A DNA stretch of 55,535 nt from Deltaproteobacteria bacterium. Its GTDB lineage: Bacteria; Myxococcota_A; UBA9160; SMWR01. Made by a program: the position numbers and the translations under genes. Each line of letters starts with the position of its first letter. Position 1 is the first letter of the stretch. Below the pieces are notes generated by a model. It did not search any database. It worked only from the letters and a program-made list of their open reading frames with translations, and was not told where the DNA came from. Below, in pieces: positions 18,649 to 28,235 of this stretch. The DNA lies in NCBI GenBank assembly GCA_019313245.1, contig JAFDBP010000234.1, positions 1 to 55,535 on the forward strand, given 5' to 3'.

Positions 18649-18777
18649 TTTCTCTTCCGAACAGTTGTCTCAGGGCCGAGAGCCATCCCCGAAAGTGCTA
18701 CCAATAGAAATGGGCGGACACACCCCGCCTTCCCGGCGAGTCTGGTCCGGGACGGCTTCTGGAGTGGGCTAGCGGCG

Positions 18778-20178
18778 ATGGGAAGGAGAACTCTCGGTAT
18801 CCTGGTCGCGCTCGTCGCGACGGCCTGCGTCCCGCTCCCCCCCGCCTACGAGTCCGTCTCGCGCACGGATGGGCTGCTGCGCATCTACCTCCAGCCGCTC
18901 CCCCAGGAAGCGCACCGGCTGCGTTTCAGCATTACGGAAATCCTGGCCCTGCGGGAAGACGGCGGCGCCGTCCGGCTGCGACAAAACTTCAGCGAACTGC
19001 ACGGGGAGGATCTGGTCGGGTTGCAGAGACTGCTGGTCTCGGCGGCGTTGCCACCGGGTTCTTACACGGGAATATCGCTGCAGTTGGGCGCGGCGTCGCT
19101 GCTCGGCGAGGCGGGGAGAACGGACCTGTTGGCGCCCGAGGAGCCGCTGTTGATCGAGCAGGATTTCCGGGTGGTCCGGCAGGTATCCAGCACCCTGTTC
19201 CTTTCGCTGGATCCGGAGGAGCTGGTCAGCAGCGGCTTCCGTTTCACACCTCTCTTCTATCTGGCGAAATCTCGACGCCAACTGGAGAGCCTGCTGGGCT
19301 TCGCGACGAATACGGGCGGCAACGTCGTTTCGGTCTTCAACAAGCACACGATGGAGATCGTCGAGACGATCGCGACGGGCAGTGGCCCAATGGGAGCCGC
19401 CCTCGATCAGCGCAGAAAGTGGGTCTACGTCGCCCTCGCTGGGGACGCCGAAATCGCGGCCATCGACGTGGGCACCACGCAGATCCTCCAACGGATCCGA
19501 TTGAACTTTGGCGACGAGCCCGTCGAAGTCGGCCTGTCGCCCGATGGCGAATTCCTCGTATCGGCCAACCGGGGTTCGAACACGGCGAGCATCATGGACA
19601 CCGGCTCCCTGCGCGAACTCGACCGGGTTCGCCTGCCGTCGGAGCCGGGTTCGGTCGTGATGAGCACCGTCGAGCCGCGGGCCTTCCTGCTCCAGCCGTT
19701 GGCCAACACGATTTCCATCGTCGACTTCGATCAACGACGTGTCGTCTTGAGCCAGACGCTGGAAGAGTCGCCCCTGCGCGGCGCCGTCAACGAGGACGGC
19801 ACCAGCCTGTTCGTCATTTCAGAGAACTCTCCAAATCTACTGGTCATCGACCCCCGGAATCTGCGGGTTACCGAGAGAATCTTCGTCGGTAGAGGCGCGA
19901 CATCCATCGAGCTAGATCCCAAAACTGGTTTGATTTATATTGGGATGAGAATGGGAGGCGTTGCTGTCGTCGATCCGTCGTTATTGATGCCAATCGACAC
20001 ATTCAGAGTAGATGGCAATGCGGTCGCCCTGGATATCGATGGCGACGAGAACAACCTGTTCGTGGTGTCATCGAATCAGCGAACGATCCGGAAGCTGGGT
20101 CTGGTCAGCCAAAAGCTCATAGGGACCATCGAGGTGGAAGAAGGATGCTATGCCGTCGTTCTGATGGGCGGACGGTAG
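18778..20178 (+). CDS. lipoprotein: DUF4382-like N-domain plus YVTN/YncE-type beta-propeller
   Basis: ATG at 18778. MGRRTLGILVALVATAC carries a lipobox. Repeated about 40-aa blades (GSGPMGAAL..WVYVALAGDAEIAAIDV, PVEVGLSPDGEFLVSANRGSNTASIMD, ..LFVISENSPNLLVIDP..). No CxxCH. Confidence 0.8.
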   Translation: MGRRTLGILVALVATACVPLPPAYESVSRTDGLLRIYLQPLPQEAHRLRFSITEILALREDGGAVRLRQNFSELHGEDLVGLQRLLVSAALPPGSYTGISLQLGAASLLGEAGRTDLLAPEEPLLIEQDFRVVRQVSSTLFLSLDPEELVSSGFRFTPLFYLAKSRRQLESLLGFATNTGGNVVSVFNKHTMEIVETIATGSGPMGAALDQRRKWVYVALAGDAEIAAIDVGTTQILQRIRLNFGDEPVEVGLSPDGEFLVSANRGSNTASIMDTGSLRELDRVRLPSEPGSVVMSTVEPRAFLLQPLANTISIVDFDQRRVVLSQTLEESPLRGAVNEDGTSLFVISENSPNLLVIDPRNLRVTERIFVGRGATSIELDPKTGLIYIGMRMGGVAVVDPSLLMPIDTFRVDGNAVALDIDGDENNLFVVSSNQRTIRKLGLVSQKLIGTIEVEEGCYAVVLMGGR

Positions 20179-20371
20179 ATCCCCTTGCGCCTGGGGGGCG
20201 AGGTTGACCAGATCGAACCGCCGATCGATCGCTAGGCGGTCCGCATCGCCAGATGTACGCCGTGAATGCCCCGGCAGAGGTCAAGTGCGGACGCGCAAAA
20301 GCCGACAAAGATGGCTGGGAATCTGCGCGTTTTTTCGCTCTCAGGCTCCGCAGGCTTTCGACTCCAGGTGG

Positions 20372-22525
20372 ATGATGCCCCAGCAGGCCGCTCGGTGGAT
20401 TCAATTGGCATCGCTGGCCGCGCTCGTGATCGCCTCCGCACCTGCGAGCGTGATGGCCGAAGGCGGCCAGATCAGCGTGAGGGCGGATCTGGAGTACCAG
20501 TACGCGGATACCGAGATAAAGGACGAAGCCAGCGGCGAAAAGACGGATACTGATTTTTCCCGCTTCAAGCACAAGTACGACGTGGAACTGCGACAAGAGC
20601 TTCTCCCATTCCTGGAAATCCGCAGCGGCGGCATCTTCGAATTCATCGACTTGTCGTCGAATGGCGAAGGCTTCGATGCGGACAGTCACGAGAGAACCCG
20701 ATGGCTATTCGGGGAACTCAACCTGAACAACCCGCTCTACACCGCCTCGACCGCGTATCGCCGGCGAAAGTTCGAATTCAATCGCGACGACACACCGAAG
20801 CTCGAGCGCGACCGCGAAGAAATCGCCGGTCTGCTGAAGTGGCGCCCGGTCGGATTCCCCGAGATCGATCTGGACGTCGATACGACCCGTATCTGGGACA
20901 AGGCGAATACGGTGGATCAGACGGTCGACCGCGTGTTGCTCAAGAGTCGGTATGACTACCGGGATGTCCACTTCGACTACACCTACACGAGACTCGACAC
21001 CGACAGAAAGATCGAGGATGCCGGGTCGCTGAACCAGGTGCACGACGCAGGCGTGTCGTACACCGATGAATTCTTCGAGGATCGGCTCCAGCTGACCAGC
21101 GCCGCCAGGTTGAATTACCAGATCCTCGAGCCCCGCGGAAACGAAGTCGTCGAGCGGCCCACGCCGCTACCCGATACCGTGTTCTACTTTGCGATCGACG
21201 GCGATCCCAACACGCTCGAATTGGTCCCCCCCGCCTCTCTCACGGACATCAACATCGGTCAAGGTGGCGGATTCAACACGGTTTCGGTCGGCTTGTACTT
21301 CGATCTCCCAACCGCGGCGGACAGAATCCATATTGGTCTGGATGCCGATGAGACCGTGGTCTTCGACGTAGCGGAAGACTTCGTATGGACGGTGTCCTGG
21401 ACCGACGACACGGACCTGGAACTGGCGATCTGGAATACGTTCCCGGCCAACAGCGTGAAAGCGAAATACGACCCCATCGAAAATCGCTTCGAGATCTCGT
21501 TTCCCCGCGTCGAGAATGCGATCGCCATCAAGGTCGCCACCGATCCTCAACCCACCGCGACCGGCCCGATCCTGATCAGTCGCATCCAGGCTTTCACGAC
21601 GGTCGCCGTGAGCCCGGGAGAGGACCTCGAAGACATCGACCACCACTACTCGCTGGGGCTTCGCTGGGCGTTCTCGGACCGGACGGATGCCTCATACCAG
21701 GGTTATTTCAGGCATCAGAAATTCGAACCGTTCGACACCACCAAGAAGACGTTTACCAACGGCCTCAGCTTGCGGCACCAATTTCACCCGAAACTCGTCG
21801 GGAACGCGAAAGTCCTGCGGACGGACACGGATGAGACGGCTCGGGACGATCTGACGAATCACTCCTACAGCGCGTCCCTGAGAGCGGACTATTTCGACAC
21901 CCTGCGCCAGACGCTGACCTACAGCGGTTTTCACGACGATCTGGGCGGCCGCACCAGTTACTCGAACGCGATTCTCCTGCGCACCAATGCCGATCTATAC
22001 GAGGGCTGGAGCGCCATCATGGATTTGAGCTATTCCGCCAAGCACCTCACGGAGGGCGACGACCTCAACGACGCGACCGTCAGGCTCACCACGAATGTAG
22101 ACCCGCATCCGAAACTCAAATTCGTGTTCGATTACCGACTCTCGCACGTCGACCAGACGGGCCGGTCTTCGTGGCTCGACCACCGCGCCCGATTCCAGGG
22201 TTTCTGGGTCCCGTTGAGAACGCTGAGTTTCTTTGCCTCGGTCAGGCTGAGGGATAACGGATTCGACGACGAGGGCCTGCTGGTGTCTCAAAACTACTCC
22301 GTCAGCTGGTCGCCCTTTCCCGACGGCTTGCTTCGGTTCTCCGTCGGCTACAATCGGTCCGTGGACACGAGGGACAATACCGTCAGCGCCCTATCGCCGA
22401 GGATCGATTGGCAGGTCACGCGTACCACGCTCTTTACGCTTCTTTCCAATCTGGGAACGACCGAAACGGATCGAGAGACCATAGACGTGAAGAACGTTCG
22501 CTTGACGCTGAGAACATTCTTCTAG
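20372..22525 (+). CDS. large outer-membrane beta-barrel protein (717 aa)
   Basis: ATG at 20372. Signal peptide ..APASVMA. Long run of alternating hydrophobic/polar strands rich in Y/D/R/T. Terminal ..RLTLRTFF with a C-terminal Phe, a BAM-type signature. Confidence 0.8.
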   Translation: MMPQQAARWIQLASLAALVIASAPASVMAEGGQISVRADLEYQYADTEIKDEASGEKTDTDFSRFKHKYDVELRQELLPFLEIRSGGIFEFIDLSSNGEGFDADSHERTRWLFGELNLNNPLYTASTAYRRRKFEFNRDDTPKLERDREEIAGLLKWRPVGFPEIDLDVDTTRIWDKANTVDQTVDRVLLKSRYDYRDVHFDYTYTRLDTDRKIEDAGSLNQVHDAGVSYTDEFFEDRLQLTSAARLNYQILEPRGNEVVERPTPLPDTVFYFAIDGDPNTLELVPPASLTDINIGQGGGFNTVSVGLYFDLPTAADRIHIGLDADETVVFDVAEDFVWTVSWTDDTDLELAIWNTFPANSVKAKYDPIENRFEISFPRVENAIAIKVATDPQPTATGPILISRIQAFTTVAVSPGEDLEDIDHHYSLGLRWAFSDRTDASYQGYFRHQKFEPFDTTKKTFTNGLSLRHQFHPKLVGNAKVLRTDTDETARDDLTNHSYSASLRADYFDTLRQTLTYSGFHDDLGGRTSYSNAILLRTNADLYEGWSAIMDLSYSAKHLTEGDDLNDATVRLTTNVDPHPKLKFVFDYRLSHVDQTGRSSWLDHRARFQGFWVPLRTLSFFASVRLRDNGFDDEGLLVSQNYSVSWSPFPDGLLRFSVGYNRSVDTRDNTVSALSPRIDWQVTRTTLFTLLSNLGTTETDRETIDVKNVRLTLRTFF

Positions 22526-22551
22526 TTGGACCGCTTCGGAAGGGAGGTTTC

Positions 22552-23127
22552 GTGACGGCAAAACAGCGCCCCCTCAACAGGATCCTGATGACGCTCGCCC
22601 TCATCCCCCTCGTGAGCTGCGTGTCCGATGACGTCTTTACCGAGCCGAACATGGATTTCGGGTCGTTGCGGGCCGTTGCGGTCCTGCCGTTCAACAACTT
22701 CACGGCGGAAGAATTCGCGTCCGCGCGCGTCAGGGATGCCTTCTCCACCATGTTGCTCGCGACGGGGGCACTCTACGTCATTCCGCCCGGCGAGGTGGCC
22801 CGGGCGATGGGGGCGATCGGCCGAATCCCGCGCGAAGGGCCTTCCAGCGAGCAGATCAAACAGCTCGCAGACGCGCTCGATGCCGATGCCATCATCACCG
22901 GTGTGGTGTTGGAGTACGGGCCCGTTCGGTCCGGTTCGGCGTCTGCGAATGTGGTTTCGGTCAGTCTTCAGATGATCGAGAAGGCCAGCGGTATGGTGGT
23001 GTGGTCGGCATCTTCCACAAGGGGCGGAATCACGGTCTGGGATCGCCTTTTCGGCGGAGGCGGGGAGCCGATGAACGCGGTCACCGAAAAGGTGGTCAAT
23101 GATCTCCTGGACAAGCTCTTCGATTAG
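22552..23127 (+). CDS. lipoprotein with one LpoB/TolB-N/PelC-like domain
   Basis: GTG at 22552 follows GGGAGG. MTAKQRPLNRILMTLALIPLVSC carries a lipobox. AVAVLPFNNFT .. IITGVVLEYG .. SLQMIEKASGMVVWS. Confidence 0.75.
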   Translation: MTAKQRPLNRILMTLALIPLVSCVSDDVFTEPNMDFGSLRAVAVLPFNNFTAEEFASARVRDAFSTMLLATGALYVIPPGEVARAMGAIGRIPREGPSSEQIKQLADALDADAIITGVVLEYGPVRSGSASANVVSVSLQMIEKASGMVVWSASSTRGGITVWDRLFGGGGEPMNAVTEKVVNDLLDKLFD

Positions 23128-24322
23128 CATCCGGCCGGTCTGGGGGCTGCTCGCGCTACTGGCCCTGTTGTCGCTCTCGAGCTGCGCCTCGCGGCCGGAG
23201 CCGTCCGACGGGCCTCCCGAGCCTCAATTGCCGCCGCCGGCCGGGCAAGCCGTGAACTACGGCGACCTCATCGCGGTACTTCCGATCAGCAACCTCACCG
23301 GCACGTCCGCGCCACTCCGGGCGGTCGAGAAGGTGTTGCGCGCGCAGCTGGCTCGCTGGGGTTTCCGAATCGTCGATGCCGACAGCCTCGCGAAGGTCAT
23401 GGATCGATACAGGATTCGCGATACGGGCGGCCTGAGTCCCGGGGTATTTCGGGCGCTCAGGGAGGAGACGGGAGCAGTCGGCGTTCTGATGACGTCGCTG
23501 GAGGTCTTCTACGAAGATCGATTTCCGAGGATCTCGTTGATGTCGAGGCTGGTTGCGGGTGGAGATCCTCCGGAAATCGCCTGGATGAGCGGAGTCGGGC
23601 TGGCCGGCGACGGCGATGTCGGGCTCCTCGCACTCGGGCGGGTCGGAGATCCCGACGCATTGATGGAAATCGCCGTACGCTGTCTCGTCGACTCGCTGGC
23701 GGGATCACTTACCGAAACTCAGGCGCTAGGCTCTTCCGCTTCCCATAACCGAATGAGTGAATGCGACTCGCGCGGTGAAGTCGTGTATTCTTCACCGGAG
23801 GCGAACGGCAAGAGGAGGTTTCGTCCGCGCAAACCCTTGGGATCTCCGATCACCGATGTCAACAGGCGGTACAGCGTCGCGGTCATTCCCTTCTTGAACC
23901 TGAGCCAGCGAAGAAATGCCGGCAGGATCCTGGAGCTTCACTTCGTCAATCAGTTGCTCCGGAACGAATCCCTTTCAGTCGTCGATCCCGGGCTCGTCAG
24001 GCAGGAGTTGCTCGCGAACAGGGTCGTCATGGCAGCGGGCCCATCGTTGGAAAATGCGAGGGTTCTATCCAGTGACGAATCTCTGGGAGCCGACCTGATC
24101 TTTTCGGGGGTCGTATTCGACTATCAGGACGGGTACGGCATACCGAAAGTCGACTTTTCCCTGACCGTGATCGAAAAGGAGAGCCACAAGGTGGTTTGGT
24201 CTTCGCGGAGCTACAGCACGGGAACCGAAGGGGTTCTCTTCTTCGATCTGGGCAGGGTGTATACGGCGCATCAACTGGCAGCTGAAATGGCCAGAGGAGC
24301 AACCGAAGCGCTGAGCCGGTGA
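23099..24322 (+). CDS. lipoprotein with two tandem LpoB/TolB-N/PelC-like domains
   Basis: ATG at 23099 overlaps the upstream gene by 29 nt. Lipobox LSLSSC. Domain 1 has LIAVLPISNLTG. Domain 2 has SVAVIPFLNLSQ .. LIFSGVVFDYQ .. LTVIEKESHKVVWS, parallel to the preceding gene. Confidence 0.75.
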   Translation: MISWTSSSISIRPVWGLLALLALLSLSSCASRPEPSDGPPEPQLPPPAGQAVNYGDLIAVLPISNLTGTSAPLRAVEKVLRAQLARWGFRIVDADSLAKVMDRYRIRDTGGLSPGVFRALREETGAVGVLMTSLEVFYEDRFPRISLMSRLVAGGDPPEIAWMSGVGLAGDGDVGLLALGRVGDPDALMEIAVRCLVDSLAGSLTETQALGSSASHNRMSECDSRGEVVYSSPEANGKRRFRPRKPLGSPITDVNRRYSVAVIPFLNLSQRRNAGRILELHFVNQLLRNESLSVVDPGLVRQELLANRVVMAAGPSLENARVLSSDESLGADLIFSGVVFDYQDGYGIPKVDFSLTVIEKESHKVVWSSRSYSTGTEGVLFFDLGRVYTAHQLAAEMARGATEALSR

Positions 24323-24407
24323 GCCTTCCGAGAGGAAAGATATCCGCGCAAATGTTCGTGATGAAGCGACGAGATTCACGCCGTCGCGTTGGAGATGCAG
24401 AGAAACG

Positions 24408-26186
24408 ATGCAGAAGAACAAGCTAGCTCGGCTCATCCCCGCACTACTCATCCTCGCGGTACCTAGCTTTGCAACCGTCGAAGATGGCGAGCCGACCGGG
24501 GAAGGAGATGCCGCCGGCGTCGAACGGGCAGAAGAGGTGCTGATCACGCTGGAGGTTCCACTGGGATCGCCGCTGTTTACGGACATGCCGGTGGCGGTGG
24601 TAGACGAAGAGCCGATCACTTTTCGCGATCTCACGCGGCGGATCGCGTCGATCCACGAGGATATGGACGAAGGCGCGAAGCCGTCCAGAAAAAACTTCGC
24701 GAAGCTGCTGGATCGAGTCATTACGACGCAACTGGTCGTTCACGAAGCGCGAAACATCGGGCTCGACGAGCTGCCCGAAGTCGTCATTAGCATCGAAAAT
24801 GCGTCGACGGATCTCTTGATCTCGAGGCTGATGTCGCTGAAACTCGATGAAGTGGAGCCGGATCCGGACGAGGTGGACGCCCTCTACGAGGAGATGTCGC
24901 GTGAATTTTTGATGTCGACGGTGAAGCTCCCGAAGGAAGAGGATGCGTTGGCCTTTGAGGAACTGATCGGTTCCGGCGAGAACTTCGACGAAGTCGCAAC
25001 CCAATTCGCCGAAGAGGGCCGGGCGGAATTCGATGCGAGCGACAAGACCTTCATCAAACTGAAGGATCTGCTGCCGAGGATGGCCCAGACGGCCATCGAC
25101 ATGGAGGAGGGTTCCGTCAGCGAAATATTCTCCGATCGCGACGGCTTCCTCCTCTTCCACGTCGGAGCCGTGCGCGGCTATGACGATCCCGAGCTGCGGG
25201 AAGAGGCGCGGCAGAAGGTGCTGGAGCCCGCACAGAAGAAAGCCGCGCGCGAGTACGGGGAATATCTGAGGAACAAGTACGCCACGGTCGATGAGCGACT
25301 GCTGGAGAAGGTCGATTTCGAAGTGAAGAAGACCGGCTTCCTGTCACTCGGCAAGGAAGAGCCGGTCGATTTCGCCGAACTCGAAAAGGACGAGCGCGTG
25401 GTTGCGACGACGCAAACCGATCCGCCGCTCACCGTGACGATCGGAGAGTTGGCGACCGCGGTGCGGGAATCGTATCACCACGGGATCGAGACGTCGTCCG
25501 TAAGGAGCAAGAAGCTCAACGCCAAGAAGCAGATCCTGCTGAAGAATATGTTGTTCAAGGAGGCGGCTTTGGCCGAAGCTCGAAACCTGGGACTCGACCA
25601 GACGAGCTCCTACCTCGACACGATGGACGAGTACACCACTTCGCTGCTCTTCGAGGTGTTCGTCAAGAAGGTGATCGTGCCCGATGTGGCGATTACCGAC
25701 GCCGATGTGCGCGAATACTTCGAGGGGCACCTGGACGAGTTTTCGACTCCCGCGATGTTCAGGCTGAACGCGATCGCCTTCGGCGAACGGGAAGGCGCCG
25801 AGCGCGCTCTGGGCAAGCTCGAGAAGCGAGCCGATTTCAAGTGGGTTTCCGCCAATTCGCCGGGCAGGATCGACGTCGTGAGCGGCGAATCCTTCGATTT
25901 CGACGGGAAACTGTTGGCCGTGACGGCCCTGCCCGAAGACCTGCACGAGAGCATCGAAGACTCCAAGCAGGGAGACGCCGTGATCTACTCCGACGGCAAG
26001 GGTTACCACCATGTGATTGTGGTCAGCAAGGTCTTTCCCTCGGAAACGCGGCCGTACGAGGACGTCAAGGGCTCGGTTGCTCGAATCATCTTCGAGCAGA
26101 AGCTCAAGGCATTGGTCGAAGACTGGAGCGGAAAGTTGGCAGAGGCATACGAAACGCGGATATTCATCACGGGGCTGGATGATTGA
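24408..26186 (+). CDS. periplasmic SurA/PpiD-like chaperone with parvulin-type PPIase domain
   Basis: Signal peptide MQKNKLARLIPALLILAVPSFA. Long helical SurA-N-like region. A C-terminal rotamase-like block (ADVREYFEGHLDEFSTPAMFRLNAIAF .. GYHHVIVVSKV). Confidence 0.75.
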   Translation: MQKNKLARLIPALLILAVPSFATVEDGEPTGEGDAAGVERAEEVLITLEVPLGSPLFTDMPVAVVDEEPITFRDLTRRIASIHEDMDEGAKPSRKNFAKLLDRVITTQLVVHEARNIGLDELPEVVISIENASTDLLISRLMSLKLDEVEPDPDEVDALYEEMSREFLMSTVKLPKEEDALAFEELIGSGENFDEVATQFAEEGRAEFDASDKTFIKLKDLLPRMAQTAIDMEEGSVSEIFSDRDGFLLFHVGAVRGYDDPELREEARQKVLEPAQKKAAREYGEYLRNKYATVDERLLEKVDFEVKKTGFLSLGKEEPVDFAELEKDERVVATTQTDPPLTVTIGELATAVRESYHHGIETSSVRSKKLNAKKQILLKNMLFKEAALAEARNLGLDQTSSYLDTMDEYTTSLLFEVFVKKVIVPDVAITDADVREYFEGHLDEFSTPAMFRLNAIAFGEREGAERALGKLEKRADFKWVSANSPGRIDVVSGESFDFDGKLLAVTALPEDLHESIEDSKQGDAVIYSDGKGYHHVIVVSKVFPSETRPYEDVKGSVARIIFEQKLKALVEDWSGKLAEAYETRIFITGLDD

Positions 26187-26242
26187 TCGGACGGCACTGA
26201 AGTTGGATCGCATTTCGAAAGCCGTTTAACCTGGGCGCAGCG

Positions 26243-28231
26243 ATGTCGATAGTGAATTCAAAACGCTACAGATCTCTTATCGTTGGGATGGTGGGCTTTC
26301 TGTGCCTATGTCTCGCCCTGTCATTTCTCGCGACCCCTGCGCACGCGAAAAAGCGCAAGTTCAAGAAAAGAGATTGCGTGGATTGTCACGAAGAATACGT
26401 CGACAAGTACTTTTCGATGAAGAACATCCACGAGGTCGTCGAAGACCGGGAATGCGAAAGTTGCCATCTTCGACACGGCGTCGTCGGCAAACTTCTGCTG
26501 AAGGCGGAAGGCAACGATATCTGTTTCGAATGTCACAGTGCCGAAGACCTCGGACTCGATGCCCCGGGAGTTCATACGGCGCTGGTCAAGGGCACGTGTG
26601 CCTCCTGTCACAACCCACACGCATCGGATTCCCCGTACCTGCTGAGCGCCGAAGGCAATGCGATCTGTTACGAGTGCCACGAGCAAGACGATTACACGCG
26701 CGAGGTAGTTCACTCGGTGATCGAAGACGACGGCTGCGGGGGTTGCCATCGCTCGCACGCCTCGCCGGAGCAGAACCTGCTCAAGATGGCGCCGACGGAG
26801 CTCTGCGTTTCGTGCCACGAAAGCGATGATGGCGCTTTCAGCAAAGCGCACGCGGGTTACCCCGTAGCGCAGAAGTCCTGCACGAATTGCCACAATCCGC
26901 ATTCGTCGGACCTGCCCACACTGTTGAAATCGAGCGTTCACGATCCGGTACTCGGCGGCGAATGTGAGGCCTGCCACAATGCTCCCGCTGACGAAGACGC
27001 TTTCGAAGTCACCGACGAGAGCGCGGAGCTCTGTGGGGGTTGCCACGATTCTGTGGATCTCTACGAGTCCGGCAATGTGCAACACGGGCCGTTCGAGGAG
27101 GGGGCGTGTCTGGACTGTCACGATCCACATGCCGCTGAGGCGGAGACGCTGCTCGCGGAGCCCGGCAATCAGCTCTGCTTTACGTGCCACGAAGATACGA
27201 GTACGGGAGTGAGAAATCCGCACGATCCGGTCGAGAGCGCCGATGGCTGCCTTTCCTGCCACGCTCCGCATGCGGCCGCTCACGACCAGCTCTTGAAAGT
27301 TACCGGCGGCGAACTGTGTTTTTCGTGTCACGAGGAGGCCGCAGAGGCGGGGCGGCAGCTGGCGAATCAGCACGAGCCGTTCGAGGAGCAGCGATGCGTC
27401 GATTGCCACGATCCGCACGGCTCGAATGCTCCCGCCATTCTCAACGGCAGGCCGAGCGAAGTTTGTTATTCGTGTCACGCAGAAGTGGAAAATGACTTTT
27501 CGCAGCGCTATGTGCACACCCCGGTGCGGATGGGTGATTGCATCGGGTGCCACAGCGGTCACGGCTCGAGCGAAAGCAACCTCTTGAAGGCCGCCGATGC
27601 GGATCTCTGCGCCACATGCCACGAGGAATTCATGCAGGTAGCGCCGGAGATGCGCGTCCACGATCCCTTCGCGGATGGCGAATGCCTGACGTGCCACGCT
27701 CCTCATGCGAGTTCGTTCGAGGGGGTTTTGGTCAGTGAGCAGGCTTCGGTGTGCGCGGATTGCCACGACGGCGTCGGGACTGCAGTGGAGGGAGAGAAGA
27801 GCGCGCATCAACCGGTGGTTACCGGTGATTGCTCGAGTTGTCACAACCCGCACAAGGCGGCATTGGATTCGATGTTACTCGCGGTGACTCCCGATCTGTG
27901 CCTGAGTTGTCACGACGATCTGACGCGGAAGATGGAAACGGAGCGCGTGCACGAGCCCGTTGAAAACGATTGCGTGCAGTGTCATGTGGCACATCGCTCG
28001 AGCGAAGTCAGTCTGCTCAATCTTCCAGTCCAGGCTCTCTGCAGCGAGTGCCACGATGTAGAGGATGCTTCGTTCAGGAAATCCCACATCTACATCGACG
28101 CAGCCGTGATGGACTGCGTCAGTTGCCACGCTCCGCACACTTCGAAGGATCGAAGCTTCTTCAAGGAGAACATGCATTCACCTTTCGTGAAGCGGAACTG
28201 CGGCGAGTGCCACGTCGAGGGGCCGGAGTAG
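26243..28231 (+). CDS. multiheme c-type cytochrome, 26 CxxCH motifs
   Basis: 662 aa with an N-terminal signal/anchor. I counted 26 CxxCH. They alternate between plain CxxCH and CxxCHxxH[AGS]S types, a paired-CXXCH / c7-c3-like module array. Confidence 0.95.
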   Translation: MSIVNSKRYRSLIVGMVGFLCLCLALSFLATPAHAKKRKFKKRDCVDCHEEYVDKYFSMKNIHEVVEDRECESCHLRHGVVGKLLLKAEGNDICFECHSAEDLGLDAPGVHTALVKGTCASCHNPHASDSPYLLSAEGNAICYECHEQDDYTREVVHSVIEDDGCGGCHRSHASPEQNLLKMAPTELCVSCHESDDGAFSKAHAGYPVAQKSCTNCHNPHSSDLPTLLKSSVHDPVLGGECEACHNAPADEDAFEVTDESAELCGGCHDSVDLYESGNVQHGPFEEGACLDCHDPHAAEAETLLAEPGNQLCFTCHEDTSTGVRNPHDPVESADGCLSCHAPHAAAHDQLLKVTGGELCFSCHEEAAEAGRQLANQHEPFEEQRCVDCHDPHGSNAPAILNGRPSEVCYSCHAEVENDFSQRYVHTPVRMGDCIGCHSGHGSSESNLLKAADADLCATCHEEFMQVAPEMRVHDPFADGECLTCHAPHASSFEGVLVSEQASVCADCHDGVGTAVEGEKSAHQPVVTGDCSSCHNPHKAALDSMLLAVTPDLCLSCHDDLTRKMETERVHEPVENDCVQCHVAHRSSEVSLLNLPVQALCSECHDVEDASFRKSHIYIDAAVMDCVSCHAPHTSKDRSFFKENMHSPFVKRNCGECHVEGPE

Positions 28232-28235
28232 GCGG

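Noticed and set aside
18557-18777. A search for a cyclic-dinucleotide (GEMM-I) riboswitch near omcS, as is known for Geobacter electron-transfer genes.
   Set aside because: No GEMM-like conserved core was seen here. The leader upstream of the first gene is too short to hold one. This interval contains only a small hairpin and the terminator.
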